Notes: generated by a model not told the origin, from the sequence alone. Counted from the first letter of the stretch, positions 1-10,252 are shown. The stretch is 64,000 nt of DNA from Myxococcales bacterium (GCA_047601445.1 JASGJH010000001.1:8288001-8352000), one strand, 5' to 3'. Made by a program: numbers and translations.

Positions 1-210
1 GGACTGATAGGGCCCCGACTTGCGGCGCTTGCTGTGCTCCGCGGACCGCTTCAGTGAAGCGGCCACCTGCTTGGCGCTGCCTCGCTTGAAGATGTTCGCC
101 TCCAGGTCGAGGGCGTCGCTGGTCTCCATCACGTGCTTTGACCAGCGCTTGGTGGGCGGCTTGCGGGTGCGGTCGCTCGAAGTCGTCCTGGGTTTGCGAG
201 CGCTCGACAT
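1..210 (-). CDS. DUF3175-family protein (runs off the left edge)
   Basis: Manual translation MSSARKPRTT...KRWSKHVMETSDALDLEANIFKRGSAKQVAASLKRSAEHSKRRKSGPYQS resembles the DUF3175 pattern; purine-rich stretch upstream of ATG. Not in the ORF track. Confidence 0.75.
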   Translation of the reverse strand, partial: MSSARKPRTTSSDRTRKPPTKRWSKHVMETSDALDLEANIFKRGSAKQVAASLKRSAEHSKRRKSGPYQS

Positions 211-220
211 GATGTCTTCT

Positions 221-904
221 CTAGGGCTCGAAGGCTTCACGACTCCGGCGATGCGCGTTGAACACCTGTAGCTCGTCGGGGCGGAAACCGTTCACTCCGG
301 TGTACTGCGAACGTACGAAGTCGGTCAGGATGCGACGACCCTCGGCTCCCTTTTCATCTTCTACCATGTCGTCCCACACGGCGAACGTGCGGGCTCGACG
401 CTGGGCGATACTGAGGCGTCCGTCGAAGCGGATGGCACTCAGCTGACGCAGCAGCGTCATGGCGTCCGCGCGCACGATCAAGGTTTCGCGGAAGCTGCGC
501 GTGGTATCCATGAACGCGCGACGTTCCGAGAGATAGGGATCGTTGCCGGCGGCAGCCTCGGCCATCGCCGTCAGATCGAAGGTGCCCGCCATGATCCCGA
601 GTCGGCCATAGCGGTTGCGCATGGTGACGGTGCCGTTGGGGGCGATGCGCGCATCGAAGCCGCTGCCGCGGTACACGTAGCTGCCACCGGGTCCCCGTTC
701 GAGGATGGATGGTACGCCGAGCCGGTCGGGCGGCGTGACCTCCGTGGCGACAGCGGGCGCCTCCGACGCTTCGGGCGTGGGCGGATCAGCTTGTGCGGTG
801 GACACCAACAAGTGAGCGCTGCACCAGCCGGCGCACAACGCTCCCGCCAGGAAGGGAGCCCGCGAGCTCCCGACTAAACCGCTGCTTCGAGCCCGCGCTG
901 CCAT
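221..904 (-). CDS. Hypothetical exported protein
   Basis: Distal part of ORF 221..1141; ATG at 904, signal-like segment, then a Pro/Ala linker; co-oriented with neighbours. Confidence 0.6.
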   Translation of the reverse strand: MAARARSSGLVGSSRAPFLAGALCAGWCSAHLLVSTAQADPPTPEASEAPAVATEVTPPDRLGVPSILERGPGGSYVYRGSGFDARIAPNGTVTMRNRYGRLGIMAGTFDLTAMAEAAAGNDPYLSERRAFMDTTRSFRETLIVRADAMTLLRQLSAIRFDGRLSIAQRRARTFAVWDDMVEDEKGAEGRRILTDFVRSQYTGVNGFRPDELQVFNAHRRSREAFEP

Positions 905-992
905 GCTGCCTCGCTTCGCCGTTCGAGTCTTGCGTCCCAGACGTACGCACTCGACGAGGCCTCGAAAGGCGCGCGCAATCGCGCACGGCGGA

Positions 993-1859
993 CTACTGCT
1001 TGCCGGCTTCTTCCAGCTCTTCGAAGCCTGGGACCTTGGACAGATCCGGGACCAGCACGATCTCGATGCGGCGGTTTTGGGCGCGCGTCTCCGGCTTCTT
1101 GTTGCTGGCCACCGGGCGGAACTCGCCGAAGCTCGCCGCACTCACGCGGTTGGCGGGCAGACCCGACTTGATCAGGATCTGCGCCACGGCGATGGCGCGC
1201 CCCGCAGCGAGCTCCCAGTTGCTCGGGAAGCGGTCGGTCTTGATGGGCTGATCGTCCGTGTGGCCTTCGACCTCGAACTCGCGGCCCTTCATGGTCACCA
1301 GGATCGCACCGATCTCGCCGACCGCGGCCTTGCCGCCCTGGGAGAGGTCGATGGACCCACTGGCGAACAGCACGTCGGAGGGCAGCTCCACCACCATGCG
1401 CCCGCGCACCACCTTGACCTTGAGCTTGCCCGCGTCGATCAGCGACTTGAAGCTCTCCAGCAGCTTCTTGAACTCGGCGACCCGCGCTTCGCTCTGCTTC
1501 TTTTGCTCACGCAGCACGTTGAGCGCTGCTTGCATCTCGTCGATGGAGCTCTTGAGGCTCGAGCTGTTCTTCAACATCTCGGCGAGTTGATTCTGCTGCT
1601 CCGCGATCGTGGCCTGCGCCGCTGCGAGCTCGCCCTTGAGGCGCTCGATCTCCTCGTTGGCCTGCTTGAGCTTCGCCTGCTCCTCGGCCAGCGCCTGCTC
1701 CACGCTCTGGGTCTTGCTCTTCTGTTCGGTCAGCTGCGCCTCGAGCGCGCCGACGTCGTGGGCGGTCTTGACCTTGAGCGCGTCGTAGTCCGACCGCTTC
1801 ACGCAGGCGGCGGAGAGGGACAACGACAACAACAGCGAACCAACGACGACTCTTCGCAT
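993..1859 (-). CDS. OmpA/MotB-family lipoprotein with coiled coil
   Basis: Lipobox LSAAC, long coiled coil, C-terminal VEGHTD...NWELA..RA...NRRIEI OmpA_C motif. Confidence 0.9.
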   Translation of the reverse strand: MRRVVVGSLLLSLSLSAACVKRSDYDALKVKTAHDVGALEAQLTEQKSKTQSVEQALAEEQAKLKQANEEIERLKGELAAAQATIAEQQNQLAEMLKNSSSLKSSIDEMQAALNVLREQKKQSEARVAEFKKLLESFKSLIDAGKLKVKVVRGRMVVELPSDVLFASGSIDLSQGGKAAVGEIGAILVTMKGREFEVEGHTDDQPIKTDRFPSNWELAAGRAIAVAQILIKSGLPANRVSAASFGEFRPVASNKKPETRAQNRRIEIVLVPDLSKVPGFEELEEAGKQ

Positions 1860-2000
1860 GCGAACGACCTTCCTCGGGGGGACCGCCCCCTTTTAGCGGC
1901 CCCAAGCCTAGCGCGGCGCCCCGCGCGCGTCGGTCAAGATGGAGCCAAGGGGGGGAGGGCGGTCCTTGCCCGAACGTCGCCGGGGGGCCAGGATCGCGGG

Positions 2001-2387
2001 ATGGCCGTCCAGCTCAACCACACCATCGTGCACGCTCGCGACGCCAGGGCATCCGCCACGTTCCTGTCCGAGGTCCTCGGGCTACCGGCGCCGCGTCGCC
2101 TCTATCACTTCTGGATCGTCGAGACCTCGAACCAGGTGAGTCTCGACTTCCTCGAAACCGACGAGGAGATCCAGGTGGCCCACTACGCCTTCCTGGTGTC
2201 CGAGGCCGAGTTCGACACCATCTTCGCGCGGATCGAGCAGCGTGGGCTCCCCTATTGGGCTGACCCGGCTGCCCGGCAAGAGGGAGAAATCAATCGCAAC
2301 GACGGCGGGCGTGGCGTGTACTTTCGCGATCCTGCGGGCCACTACCTGGAGATCTTGACGCGGCCCTACGGGAGCGGCGCCAGCTGA
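2001..2387 (+). CDS. VOC/glyoxalase-family protein
   Basis: MAVQLNHTIV...HYAFLV...GRGVYFRDPAGHYLEI. Confidence 0.9.
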   Translation: MAVQLNHTIVHARDARASATFLSEVLGLPAPRRLYHFWIVETSNQVSLDFLETDEEIQVAHYAFLVSEAEFDTIFARIEQRGLPYWADPAARQEGEINRNDGGRGVYFRDPAGHYLEILTRPYGSGAS

Positions 2388-2586
2388 GCGCTGCGTTACA
2401 GTTGTCGATGCGGTCGGGCGCTCCTTGGGGTGATGCAGGGCGCACAACGTGAGCGCAGCGAACCGCGGGGAGGGCCTCCTTGCAGTTTTGCTGTGACGGG
2501 CCTGGAGGTCCCGTGACCTGACCCACCACAAAGGCCTCGGCGGCGGCTGGCTCGCCACGGAATTTCGTGAATAAGCTGGGTCCTTG

Positions 2587-5500
2587 ATGGGCTCCTTCCG
2601 GTCGTGCGGGCTGATTTGGCTGTGGTGTTTGCTGGTGGCGCTCGGCGCCTGTGGCGAAACTAGCGAGGGGCCAACCGAGCTGTTGGTCGTGGTGGATGCC
2701 GACGCAGAGCTGCGTCAGCGCATCGATGCCATCGAGGTGACCACGCAACACTCGCAGAAGACCATCGCGTTGACCTCGGGCAAGGACCACTTGCCGCTCT
2801 CCTTCTCCCTGGCGGGCGACCCGGGGGAGGAGAAGGAGGTCACGCTGCGGGCGCTGCAGGCGGGCAGCGCGCTGATCGAACGTCGGGCTCGCGTGCTCTT
2901 GGTGCGCGGCAAGCGCCTGGCCTGGCACGTGTACTTGGCCTCCGCTTGCACGGAGCTTGCGGCCCGCTGCGCGCAGATGGGGCAAACGTGCGGCAACTGC
3001 GCCGAGTGCGTGGCCGAGGAGCTCACGAGCCAGGACCTCGTGCGTCTCACCAACGCGGGGGACGACGGCACGAGTCTGCCCATCCCGAGCTGCGAAGGCG
3101 ACGAACCCGAGCCCGGCGATGGTGATGGCGACGGCGGCGGCGATGGCGATGGCGAGGGGGGCATCGACGCCAGCCAGCCTGACGGCGTCGTCGATGCAGG
3201 CGATGGCGACAACCCGATCGGGAGCGATGCCTCCACATCGCAGCTCACGCTGCTCGCGCCCCGCGTGATTGCCGCGGCCAAAGGGAAACCCACCCAGGTG
3301 AAGTTTCGTGTGCACGCGCCCGACACGGCGAGTCTGCCCGCGGCGCTTGGGCTAGCGAGCGATCTCGGGAGCGTTCTGGCCAGCGACTGCACCTCCGCGG
3401 CGCCCACGCAGCTCACGAGCTCGGAGCTCGAGCTGTGCCTGGTGTACACGCGCCCCGATGCGCAGCGCTCCCAGGTCGTCAACCTGACGGCCAGCTCGGG
3501 GGAAGCGGTGGTCAGCGCAGCGGTGGAGTTCCGCATGCCTGCCACGCGGGTCGGTGTCGGTCAGATCTTCGGCGCCGCGGTGCTCGAAGACGGCACCATC
3601 CAGGCCTGGGGCAGCACCATGGACTACCGGGTGCCCAACGCCGCGGCCACGGCCCGCCAGGTGATGGTGAGCCCCTTCGGTTTCCCGGGGTCCACCGGCG
3701 TTCAAGACGTGGTCCTGGGCGATGCTTTCGGCTGCGGGCTGACCAAGACTGGCGGCGTGTACTGCTGGGGCAACAACAGCGACGGTCGACTCGGGCGAGG
3801 GGCATTCTCGGTGGGCGAACCAGGCTGGCAGTCCGTGGCAGGGCTCGCGAGCGGCGCGAGCGCCATCGCCGTCGGCGCCTGGCACGGCTGCGCCATCGTG
3901 AGCGGTGTCCTCAAGTGCTGGGGCAATGCGGAGAACTACCAGCTCGGGCCCAGCGCTACGAGCAACACGAACTCGCCCATCAACATCACGCTCCCCAGCG
4001 GCTACGTGCTCGATGTGGCCGCGGGTACGGGGCACACCTGCGCCATCGTCGGAGCTGACCAGAACGCCACCTCGGGGACGCTCTACTGCTGGGGCGACAA
4101 CGTGGCAGGACAGCTCGGTATCGGCAGCACCACGGCCTCGGCTGCGCCGATGAAGACCACGCTGCGCGATGGCGAAGGCCAGGAGGTGTTCGCGTCGCGC
4201 CTGGCAGGCCAGGGCTACGACGCGTGCGCCGAGGCCGCGGGGAAGCTCTATTGTTGGGGCAGCAACTGGGGTGGTGGAACCGGGACCGGAGCGGGCGAAG
4301 GACAAGTGCTCACGCCCAAGCCCGTCGACTTGCCGGGCACCCTACGGGACTTCGTGCTGGGCGGTTCCATGGGTTGCGCGCTCGTCGACGAGAGCGTCGA
4401 GGGCAAGCTCGAGCGCCACGTCTACTGCTGGGGCGAGACCGCGGCGGGGAGCTTTGCCGACGCGACGACGCGCTCCAACACACCGAAGTACATCGCCAAC
4501 GCACCCAGCGACGTGGAACAGATCTCCTTGGGCGTGGAGAACTCGGTGTGCGCGCTGAGCCACGGGCTCGTGTACTGCTGGGGCAACAACCACGGCGGCG
4601 AGCTCGCCAACAACGCCGACCTCGAAGATCGCAAGATCCCCACCCGCGTGCCGGCGCTGGAAGCGCTGGGAGCGATCGAGCAGATCAGCCTCGGACGCGG
4701 GCTCGACGTCGGCTCCTGCGTGCGCACGCTCGACGACGTATGGTGCTGGGGCGAGGGGTGGTTCGGCGAGCTCGGTCAGGGGCTCTCGGCCTGGGCCGCC
4801 GCTTCCACGACCCCCGTCAAGGTGCAGAACTTGCCCGCAGGCACGCTCCAGGAGGTCAAGCAAGAAGGCTCCTACGCCTGCGCTCGCGTCAGTGGCAGCC
4901 TCTATTGCTGGGGTCGTAGCTCGCCGGGAGGAGGCACTCCGAGCGTCGACAGCGTGGTCGCAGCGCCCTTCGAGCTCCCCAGCGCCTTGCCCGTGACACA
5001 AATCGAGATGGGCGCCGAGGACGACTTCTTCTGCGTGTTGCAAGGCACGGCGCCGGACGCGGAAGTCTCCTGCTTTCCAACCTACGGCGCGCCGCAACTC
5101 GACGTGCCCTTCGCCAGCGGCAACATCAGCTCCATCAGCCGCGGTCAGGGCTACGGCTGCGCCATCGTCGACGGTGGCGCGCAGTGTTTCGGAGACAACG
5201 GGCACGGTCGCCTCGGTCACGCTGCGCTGAGCGCGGGTTTCTCCGCGTCCGCGGTGGACGTCGACCAAATCGGTCCGAGCGATCCGGTGACGCTGGTGGC
5301 GCTCGCGAGCAAGAGCTGGCGCACCTGCGCCTTGACCGATCAGGGAGACCTCTGGTGTTGGGGCGGCGATGAGGCGCCCGCACGCGTGTTCACGCACAAG
5401 GATGGAGACCTCGTCACGGCCCTCAACGGCCACGGCGACAATCTCTGCTACGTGCGCACGCGCGACGGTGCCGAGGAGTTGTGGTGCGACGGCGGCAACT

Positions 5501-5760
5501 ACGAGGGACAGCTGATCTCGGACTTCAAGTCCCTCAACGAGAACACTCCCAGCAAGTTCGTGCGGCTCGACGCCAGTGGTGCCTACTTGAAGCCGCCCTT
5601 CGCGTGGTTCGACAGCGGCGGCGTGTCCGGTCGCGAGTTCCTGTGCGTGCGCGACCAGGAAGGTCCCAAGTGCTGGGGCGACAATGCCCTGCGTCAGCTC
5701 GGCCTGGGCCCCGTGTTCACCGATCCGGTCCCCAAGCCCATCCTTCCCTGGACACCATGA
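2587..5760 (+). CDS. RCC1/BLIP-II repeat lipoprotein
   Basis: Lipobox LGAC, GDGDG linker, many G..YCWG.N..G.LG repeats. Confidence 0.88.
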   Translation: MGSFRSCGLIWLWCLLVALGACGETSEGPTELLVVVDADAELRQRIDAIEVTTQHSQKTIALTSGKDHLPLSFSLAGDPGEEKEVTLRALQAGSALIERRARVLLVRGKRLAWHVYLASACTELAARCAQMGQTCGNCAECVAEELTSQDLVRLTNAGDDGTSLPIPSCEGDEPEPGDGDGDGGGDGDGEGGIDASQPDGVVDAGDGDNPIGSDASTSQLTLLAPRVIAAAKGKPTQVKFRVHAPDTASLPAALGLASDLGSVLASDCTSAAPTQLTSSELELCLVYTRPDAQRSQVVNLTASSGEAVVSAAVEFRMPATRVGVGQIFGAAVLEDGTIQAWGSTMDYRVPNAAATARQVMVSPFGFPGSTGVQDVVLGDAFGCGLTKTGGVYCWGNNSDGRLGRGAFSVGEPGWQSVAGLASGASAIAVGAWHGCAIVSGVLKCWGNAENYQLGPSATSNTNSPINITLPSGYVLDVAAGTGHTCAIVGADQNATSGTLYCWGDNVAGQLGIGSTTASAAPMKTTLRDGEGQEVFASRLAGQGYDACAEAAGKLYCWGSNWGGGTGTGAGEGQVLTPKPVDLPGTLRDFVLGGSMGCALVDESVEGKLERHVYCWGETAAGSFADATTRSNTPKYIANAPSDVEQISLGVENSVCALSHGLVYCWGNNHGGELANNADLEDRKIPTRVPALEALGAIEQISLGRGLDVGSCVRTLDDVWCWGEGWFGELGQGLSAWAAASTTPVKVQNLPAGTLQEVKQEGSYACARVSGSLYCWGRSSPGGGTPSVDSVVAAPFELPSALPVTQIEMGAEDDFFCVLQGTAPDAEVSCFPTYGAPQLDVPFASGNISSISRGQGYGCAIVDGGAQCFGDNGHGRLGHAALSAGFSASAVDVDQIGPSDPVTLVALASKSWRTCALTDQGDLWCWGGDEAPARVFTHKDGDLVTALNGHGDNLCYVRTRDGAEELWCDGGNYEGQLISDFKSLNENTPSKFVRLDASGAYLKPPFAWFDSGGVSGREFLCVRDQEGPKCWGDNALRQLGLGPVFTDPVPKPILPWTP

Positions 5761-5873
5761 TCGCAAAACGCTGCTGAGACTGCGTGCGCTGCTCCGACGT
5801 GGGCCGACGCGCGCGCTTCCATTTGGCATGAGCATGCACCTTGCAGGAGCCACGCAAGCACCTGGAGGCCTGC

Positions 5874-7370
5874 ATGAAGCCCGCGCTCATCCGAACACTC
5901 TTCGGTCTGACTGGCACAGCCCTGCTTGTGGCGGCTGGGGCATGGGCGCAGTCGCAGCCAGCGGCGCGCGCGCCGAACTCGCTGATCAAGGGCAGTGCTT
6001 CCGCGGCGCCCAAGGCCGGCTATCCCTCGCTCGCGGCCACCAAGAAGGCTTACGACGAGTCGGATCTCGATCGCGCCATCCAGGCCTATCGCTTCTTCTA
6101 TCCGAGTGTGTCGGCGGCCGCGATCTTCAAGGGCAACCGCGCGCTCGGGTTGGTCGACAACAAGGTGTTCGGCGTGCAGGAGACCAAGCCGCACCACGTG
6201 GGCTTCACGCTCAACTCAGACACGCCCTATGGTCCCATCTTGCTCGACCTCAAGCAGGGCCCGATGGTCCTCGAGGTGCCGGCAGCGCCGCTGATCGTGA
6301 TCGCCATGGACGCCAACCAACGTTGGGTTGCGGACATGGGCATCCCCGGACCGGAGCAGGGCAAGGGCGCCAAACATCTGATCCTCCCGCCCGACTACGA
6401 AAAGGCCGTGCCCTCCGGCTATCACGTCTGGCGTTCGGGGACGAATCACGTGATCGTCGGGGTGCGTTCACTTCCGCTCCAGGGCGACGTGCAGGGGGCG
6501 CTTGCGCGCATCAAGACAGTGCGCGTCCATCCCCTTCAGCCGCCGGCCGATTGGTCCCAGCCCGAGTGGATCGACCTCAGCGACAAGCCGCAGGACACCA
6601 CGCCGCTCGCCTGGGAGCGCAATCTCGAGTTTTGGCGCGTGTTGCACGAGCTGATCCAGCAGGAGACGCCGTCCGCGGGCGATCCGAACTACTTCGGTGA
6701 GCTGGCCGCCCTCGGCATCGCCAAGGGCAAGCCATTCGCGCCGGACCCACGCATGAAGGGCATCCTGGAGCGCGCTGCCAAGGAAGCCAACGACCGCATG
6801 CGCGTGCAAGCGTTTGCTGACCGCAGACCCGACCGCGTGGTGTGGCCGGATCGACAGTGGGAGTGGATCGGCCTCGTGCCCAGCAACGGGGATTTTGCCA
6901 CCTACGCGTACACGGATCTGGAGGCGCGCGAGACTTGGTTCTACCAGGCCATCGGCGCGTCGCCCGCGATGTTCCGGCGCACGTCGGGAGCAGGCTCGCT
7001 CTATTGGCTGGCCGCGCGTGATGCACAGAGCGCCTATCTGGACGGCGGCAAGACCTACAAACTCGTGGTTCCCATACCGGTGCCTGGCAAGCTGTTCTGG
7101 TCGGTCACGGCCTACGACGCGGAGACGCGCAGCCAGGTGAACACCGACCAGGGGCGTGCTGCGCTGCGCTCGATGTTCGAGCTCCAACATCTCGGCGCGA
7201 ACTCCGGCGAGCTCTACTTCGGGCCCACGCTCCCCAAGGGAGTGCCTTCCGAGCGTTGGATCAAGACCGTGCCTGGCCGAGGCTGGTTTGCTTACTTTCG
7301 CGTCTACGGTCCCGAGCCGTCGGCCTTCGATGGGACATGGAAGCCCGGCGATCTCGAGCCGGTGAAGTAG
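5874..7370 (+). CDS. DUF1254/DUF1214-domain exported protein
   Basis: GGAGG RBS; signal peptide; TLNSDTPY, FWSVTAYD, LYFGP and YFRVYGP motifs. Confidence 0.85.
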   Translation: MKPALIRTLFGLTGTALLVAAGAWAQSQPAARAPNSLIKGSASAAPKAGYPSLAATKKAYDESDLDRAIQAYRFFYPSVSAAAIFKGNRALGLVDNKVFGVQETKPHHVGFTLNSDTPYGPILLDLKQGPMVLEVPAAPLIVIAMDANQRWVADMGIPGPEQGKGAKHLILPPDYEKAVPSGYHVWRSGTNHVIVGVRSLPLQGDVQGALARIKTVRVHPLQPPADWSQPEWIDLSDKPQDTTPLAWERNLEFWRVLHELIQQETPSAGDPNYFGELAALGIAKGKPFAPDPRMKGILERAAKEANDRMRVQAFADRRPDRVVWPDRQWEWIGLVPSNGDFATYAYTDLEARETWFYQAIGASPAMFRRTSGAGSLYWLAARDAQSAYLDGGKTYKLVVPIPVPGKLFWSVTAYDAETRSQVNTDQGRAALRSMFELQHLGANSGELYFGPTLPKGVPSERWIKTVPGRGWFAYFRVYGPEPSAFDGTWKPGDLEPVK

Positions 7371-7522
7371 CGCGCACGCAGCGCCGCGCGTGGCGAATGG
7401 CGTGCGCATCTCCTGCAGCAAACAAAGCAAGGCCAGCTCAAGGTCTACTACAAGGGGGCGCCGCACGGCCTGATGGTCACCCACCGGGAGCAGCTGCACG
7501 CCGACCTACTCGAGTTTATCCG

Positions 7523-8206
7523 TTAGGCGGCGCGCCCGAGCACGCTCGCCAGCTGCTGGGACAGGTCATCGAATACCTTCGGGGCGAGCACTTGGCGCGC
7601 GAGCTGGATCACTGCCTCGAAGGCCTCGCGGGGCGCGTTCGCGCCCATGCCGAGCAGCATGCCGGTGCGCTCGCTGCCGTTCAGGGCAGGCAACATGTAG
7701 CTGAGCCAGCGCATCATCTCTTCGGGTGGCACGCTGGCCACGAGCTTGTCGTGCACCTCGATGAGGGTGGTGTCGTCGAGGGCGGCGTACAATGCCGGCA
7801 TCGCCAGCATCTCTTCGTCGGCCATGTGATCCAGTTGGTCGGCCATGTAGCGGCTCAGGGCCATGCAGAACTCCGCGCCACGCTCGGCCGCATCACTGCC
7901 AGTGGGATCGATCGCGGCGAGAGCCGCCTCCAGCCTGGGCATAGTGTCGTGCTGGTCTTCGTGGGCAGCGTCGAGGCGACGGGCGATTTCGGGGGCGTAG
8001 AGGGCGAGCAGCGGCATCACGTGCGCGTCTTCATGGTGCGCGTGGGACGCCAGCATCCCGAAGTCGTGCTGAACGCGCTCGCGAAGGCGCTCGAGCTCTG
8101 ACGGACGCGAGAAGTCCGTGGCACCTGCGAGCGACGAGAGCTGGCCGAGCAAGGAGCGGACGGCCTTGTGGATGGAGCGATACAAGTGAGAGCGAGGGTC
8201 GTGCAT
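7523..8206 (-). CDS. Hemerythrin (HHE)-domain protein
   Basis: IHKAVR, HAHHED, AHE and HMADEE iron-ligand motifs. Start could instead be the TTG at 8275. Confidence 0.8.
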   Translation of the reverse strand: MHDPRSHLYRSIHKAVRSLLGQLSSLAGATDFSRPSELERLRERVQHDFGMLASHAHHEDAHVMPLLALYAPEIARRLDAAHEDQHDTMPRLEAALAAIDPTGSDAAERGAEFCMALSRYMADQLDHMADEEMLAMPALYAALDDTTLIEVHDKLVASVPPEEMMRWLSYMLPALNGSERTGMLLGMGANAPREAFEAVIQLARQVLAPKVFDDLSQQLASVLGRAA

Positions 8207-8298
8207 GGAGGAACTCCGGAAAGCGAGTCCGCGGTGTTCGTGCGCCGCGGACGATGATGACGTTTGTGCCTCCAAGTACGGCTCGACTCCATGCGCGA

Positions 8299-8350
8299 CT
8301 TCCTGGGGCGAATCCTTAGAAGTTCCTAGAGAGTTCCTAAGATCTTCCTA
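8299..8350. promoter_or_regulatory. Array of TTCCT(A) direct repeats with about 11-bp period, putative transcription-factor binding site
   Basis: TTCCT at 8300, 8323, 8334 and 8345, plus a degenerate ATCCT at 8312; AT-rich relative to the window; upstream of the hemerythrin gene. Confidence 0.5.
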
Positions 8351-8365
8351 TGTGGTCAATTTTCG

Positions 8366-8749
8366 GGGAGGTCACGCGACCTCCCCGCCCGTCGCGGCAA
8401 AGCCGCGCCGGGGCCCACCCCACCGCGAGGTTCGCTTCGCTCACGTGGCGTTCTCGTCGTCCCACTGGGAGGTCACGCGACCTCCCCGCCCGTCGCGGCA
8501 AAGCCGCGCCGGGGCCCACCCCACCACGAGGTTCGCTTCGCTCACGTGGCGTTCTCGTCGTCCCACTGGGAGGTCACGCGACCTCCCCGCCCGTCGCGGC
8601 AAAGCCGCGCCGGGGCCCACCCCACCGCGAGGTTCGCTTCGCTCACGTGGCGTTCTCGTCGTCCCACTGGGAGGTCACGCGACCTCCCCGCCCGTCGCGG
8701 CAAAGCCGCGCCGGGGCCCACCCCACCGCGAGGTTCGCTTCGCTCACGT
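8366..8749. repeat. 101-bp tandem repeat (about 3.8 copies) with internal hairpins, REP/BIME-like
   Basis: Units start at 8366, 8467, 8568 and 8669 and are near identical; each contains the palindromes GGGAGGTC-ACGC-GACCTCCC and CGCGGC-AAA-GCCGCG. Confidence 0.95.
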
Positions 8750-8929
8750 CGTGGGTGGCAATTTCTAGCCCACCTGGGTGACCCGAGAGCCAGCCCGGGG
8801 GTTTTGCGCGGGTCCCCGAATTATTGCTTAGAGATCGCTTGAGAAAAGCTGGCCGGTCCAACGACTGATGGGGCGTCCGACGGCTTGCGCCGCTTTCTGC
8901 GCGAGCCCTCTTGCTCGAGGAAAGCCACG

Positions 8930-10252
8930 ATGAACTCTTCCTACCGTCTTGGACGGGCTGGGTATCGCCATGCCTTGTTCGCCCTCTCGTTAGCTTCCGC
9001 ACTGACCGCTTGCGGCGATTCCGAGCAAGTTGGGCAAAACCACTCGGCCATCAGCGACAGCGTGTGGTGCGACGCGCGGAAGGTCTTGAGTGAGCGCTGC
9101 GTGGCTTGCCACGACGGTCGCGGCACCGGCGGCTCGCCGATGGGACTCTCGACGTACAGCGAGATGATGGCCGACTCCCCCGAGAAGCCCGGTCAGAAGG
9201 TCTGGGAACGCATGAAGGTGCGCTTGCACGCGGACAAGGCCAAGGCCGAAGGTCTGGGGCCCATGCCGCCGCAGAACGACCTTACCAAGGACGAGCTAGA
9301 TGCGCTCGACACCTGGCTGGCCGCCGGCGCGCCCACGGGCGACGAGACGCAGTGCGCACTGGATGCGGTGCCCGACGAGGACCTGGAGCAGTACTGGCCC
9401 GCGTCTCAATGCGACGAGGTCTACCGAGTGGTGGCCACGGACGGGCAAGGAGGAAAGTTCCAGGTGCCCGTGGGCGAGAACCATCCGCAGGTCATGGTCG
9501 ATGCTCCCTGGGGCGACGAGGACGTGCAGGCCATCGCGTTCCGGCCGATTACCGACAACGCCAAGGTGCTGCATCACTGGATCCTCTATGACGCCGGTGA
9601 AGGCACCCTCACCTTTGGTCAAATCGGCTCTGGTCCCTTCCTCACCGGCTGGGCCCCTGGCGACAACCTGCACAAGGCCTTCCCGCCCAACGTGGGCATG
9701 ACGATGCCCAAGGGGAAGCAGAGCCTGCGCCTCGACATGCACTACTTCAACACCGCTTCGGACGCGAAGATCGAAGAGGACGCCAGCGGCGTGGAGATCT
9801 GCGTGGTCAAGGGCGAGCACATGCGCCCCGAGGCCGCCGCGGTCTCGCAGCGCTTCTCCAACATCACCAACCTCCAGATCCCCCCGCAAGTGGCCGACTA
9901 CGCGATCACCAGCGATTGCAAGGTCGTCACCACCGAGCCCGTGCACCTGATGACGGCCTCGCCCCACGCCCACAAGCTGGCCGTGCACATGAAGTTCACG
10001 GTGAAGAAGGCGAGCGGCGAAGAGATCGTGATGCACGACGGAGACTTCCAGTTCGGCGAACAAGCGTCCTACGAACTGGCTCCCGAGGTCGTACTCGAAA
10101 CCGGCGACGTGGTGACCACGACCTGCGTGTACACGAACACCACGGATCAGACGGTGACCTTCGGCGAGAGCACCACCAGCGAGATGTGCTTCAACTTCGC
10201 GGTGTACTACCCCTCGGGCGCCTTGAGCTGCAAGGGCTCCTTCTCCTTCTGA
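8930..10252 (+). CDS. Lipoprotein with c-type cytochrome domain fused to a copper type II (PHM/DBM-like) monooxygenase domain
   Basis: Lipobox LTAC; CVACH heme motif with downstream MPP; HHWI, MHY, PHAH and EMC copper-ligand pattern. Confidence 0.8.
   Translation: MNSSYRLGRAGYRHALFALSLASALTACGDSEQVGQNHSAISDSVWCDARKVLSERCVACHDGRGTGGSPMGLSTYSEMMADSPEKPGQKVWERMKVRLHADKAKAEGLGPMPPQNDLTKDELDALDTWLAAGAPTGDETQCALDAVPDEDLEQYWPASQCDEVYRVVATDGQGGKFQVPVGENHPQVMVDAPWGDEDVQAIAFRPITDNAKVLHHWILYDAGEGTLTFGQIGSGPFLTGWAPGDNLHKAFPPNVGMTMPKGKQSLRLDMHYFNTASDAKIEEDASGVEICVVKGEHMRPEAAAVSQRFSNITNLQIPPQVADYAITSDCKVVTTEPVHLMTASPHAHKLAVHMKFTVKKASGEEIVMHDGDFQFGEQASYELAPEVVLETGDVVTTTCVYTNTTDQTVTFGESTTSEMCFNFAVYYPSGALSCKGSFSF

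Noticed and set aside
5824..5840. Sigma54 promoter upstream of the DUF1254 gene
   Set aside because: TGGCATGAGCATGC has GG-N9-GC spacing, not N10.
8366..8749. CRISPR array
   Set aside because: Whole 101-bp units are repeated; there are no unique spacers and no cas genes.
8205..8842. Repetitive ORFs across the tandem repeat
   Set aside because: The 101-bp unit is not a multiple of 3, so the peptides cycle through frames; these are artefacts.
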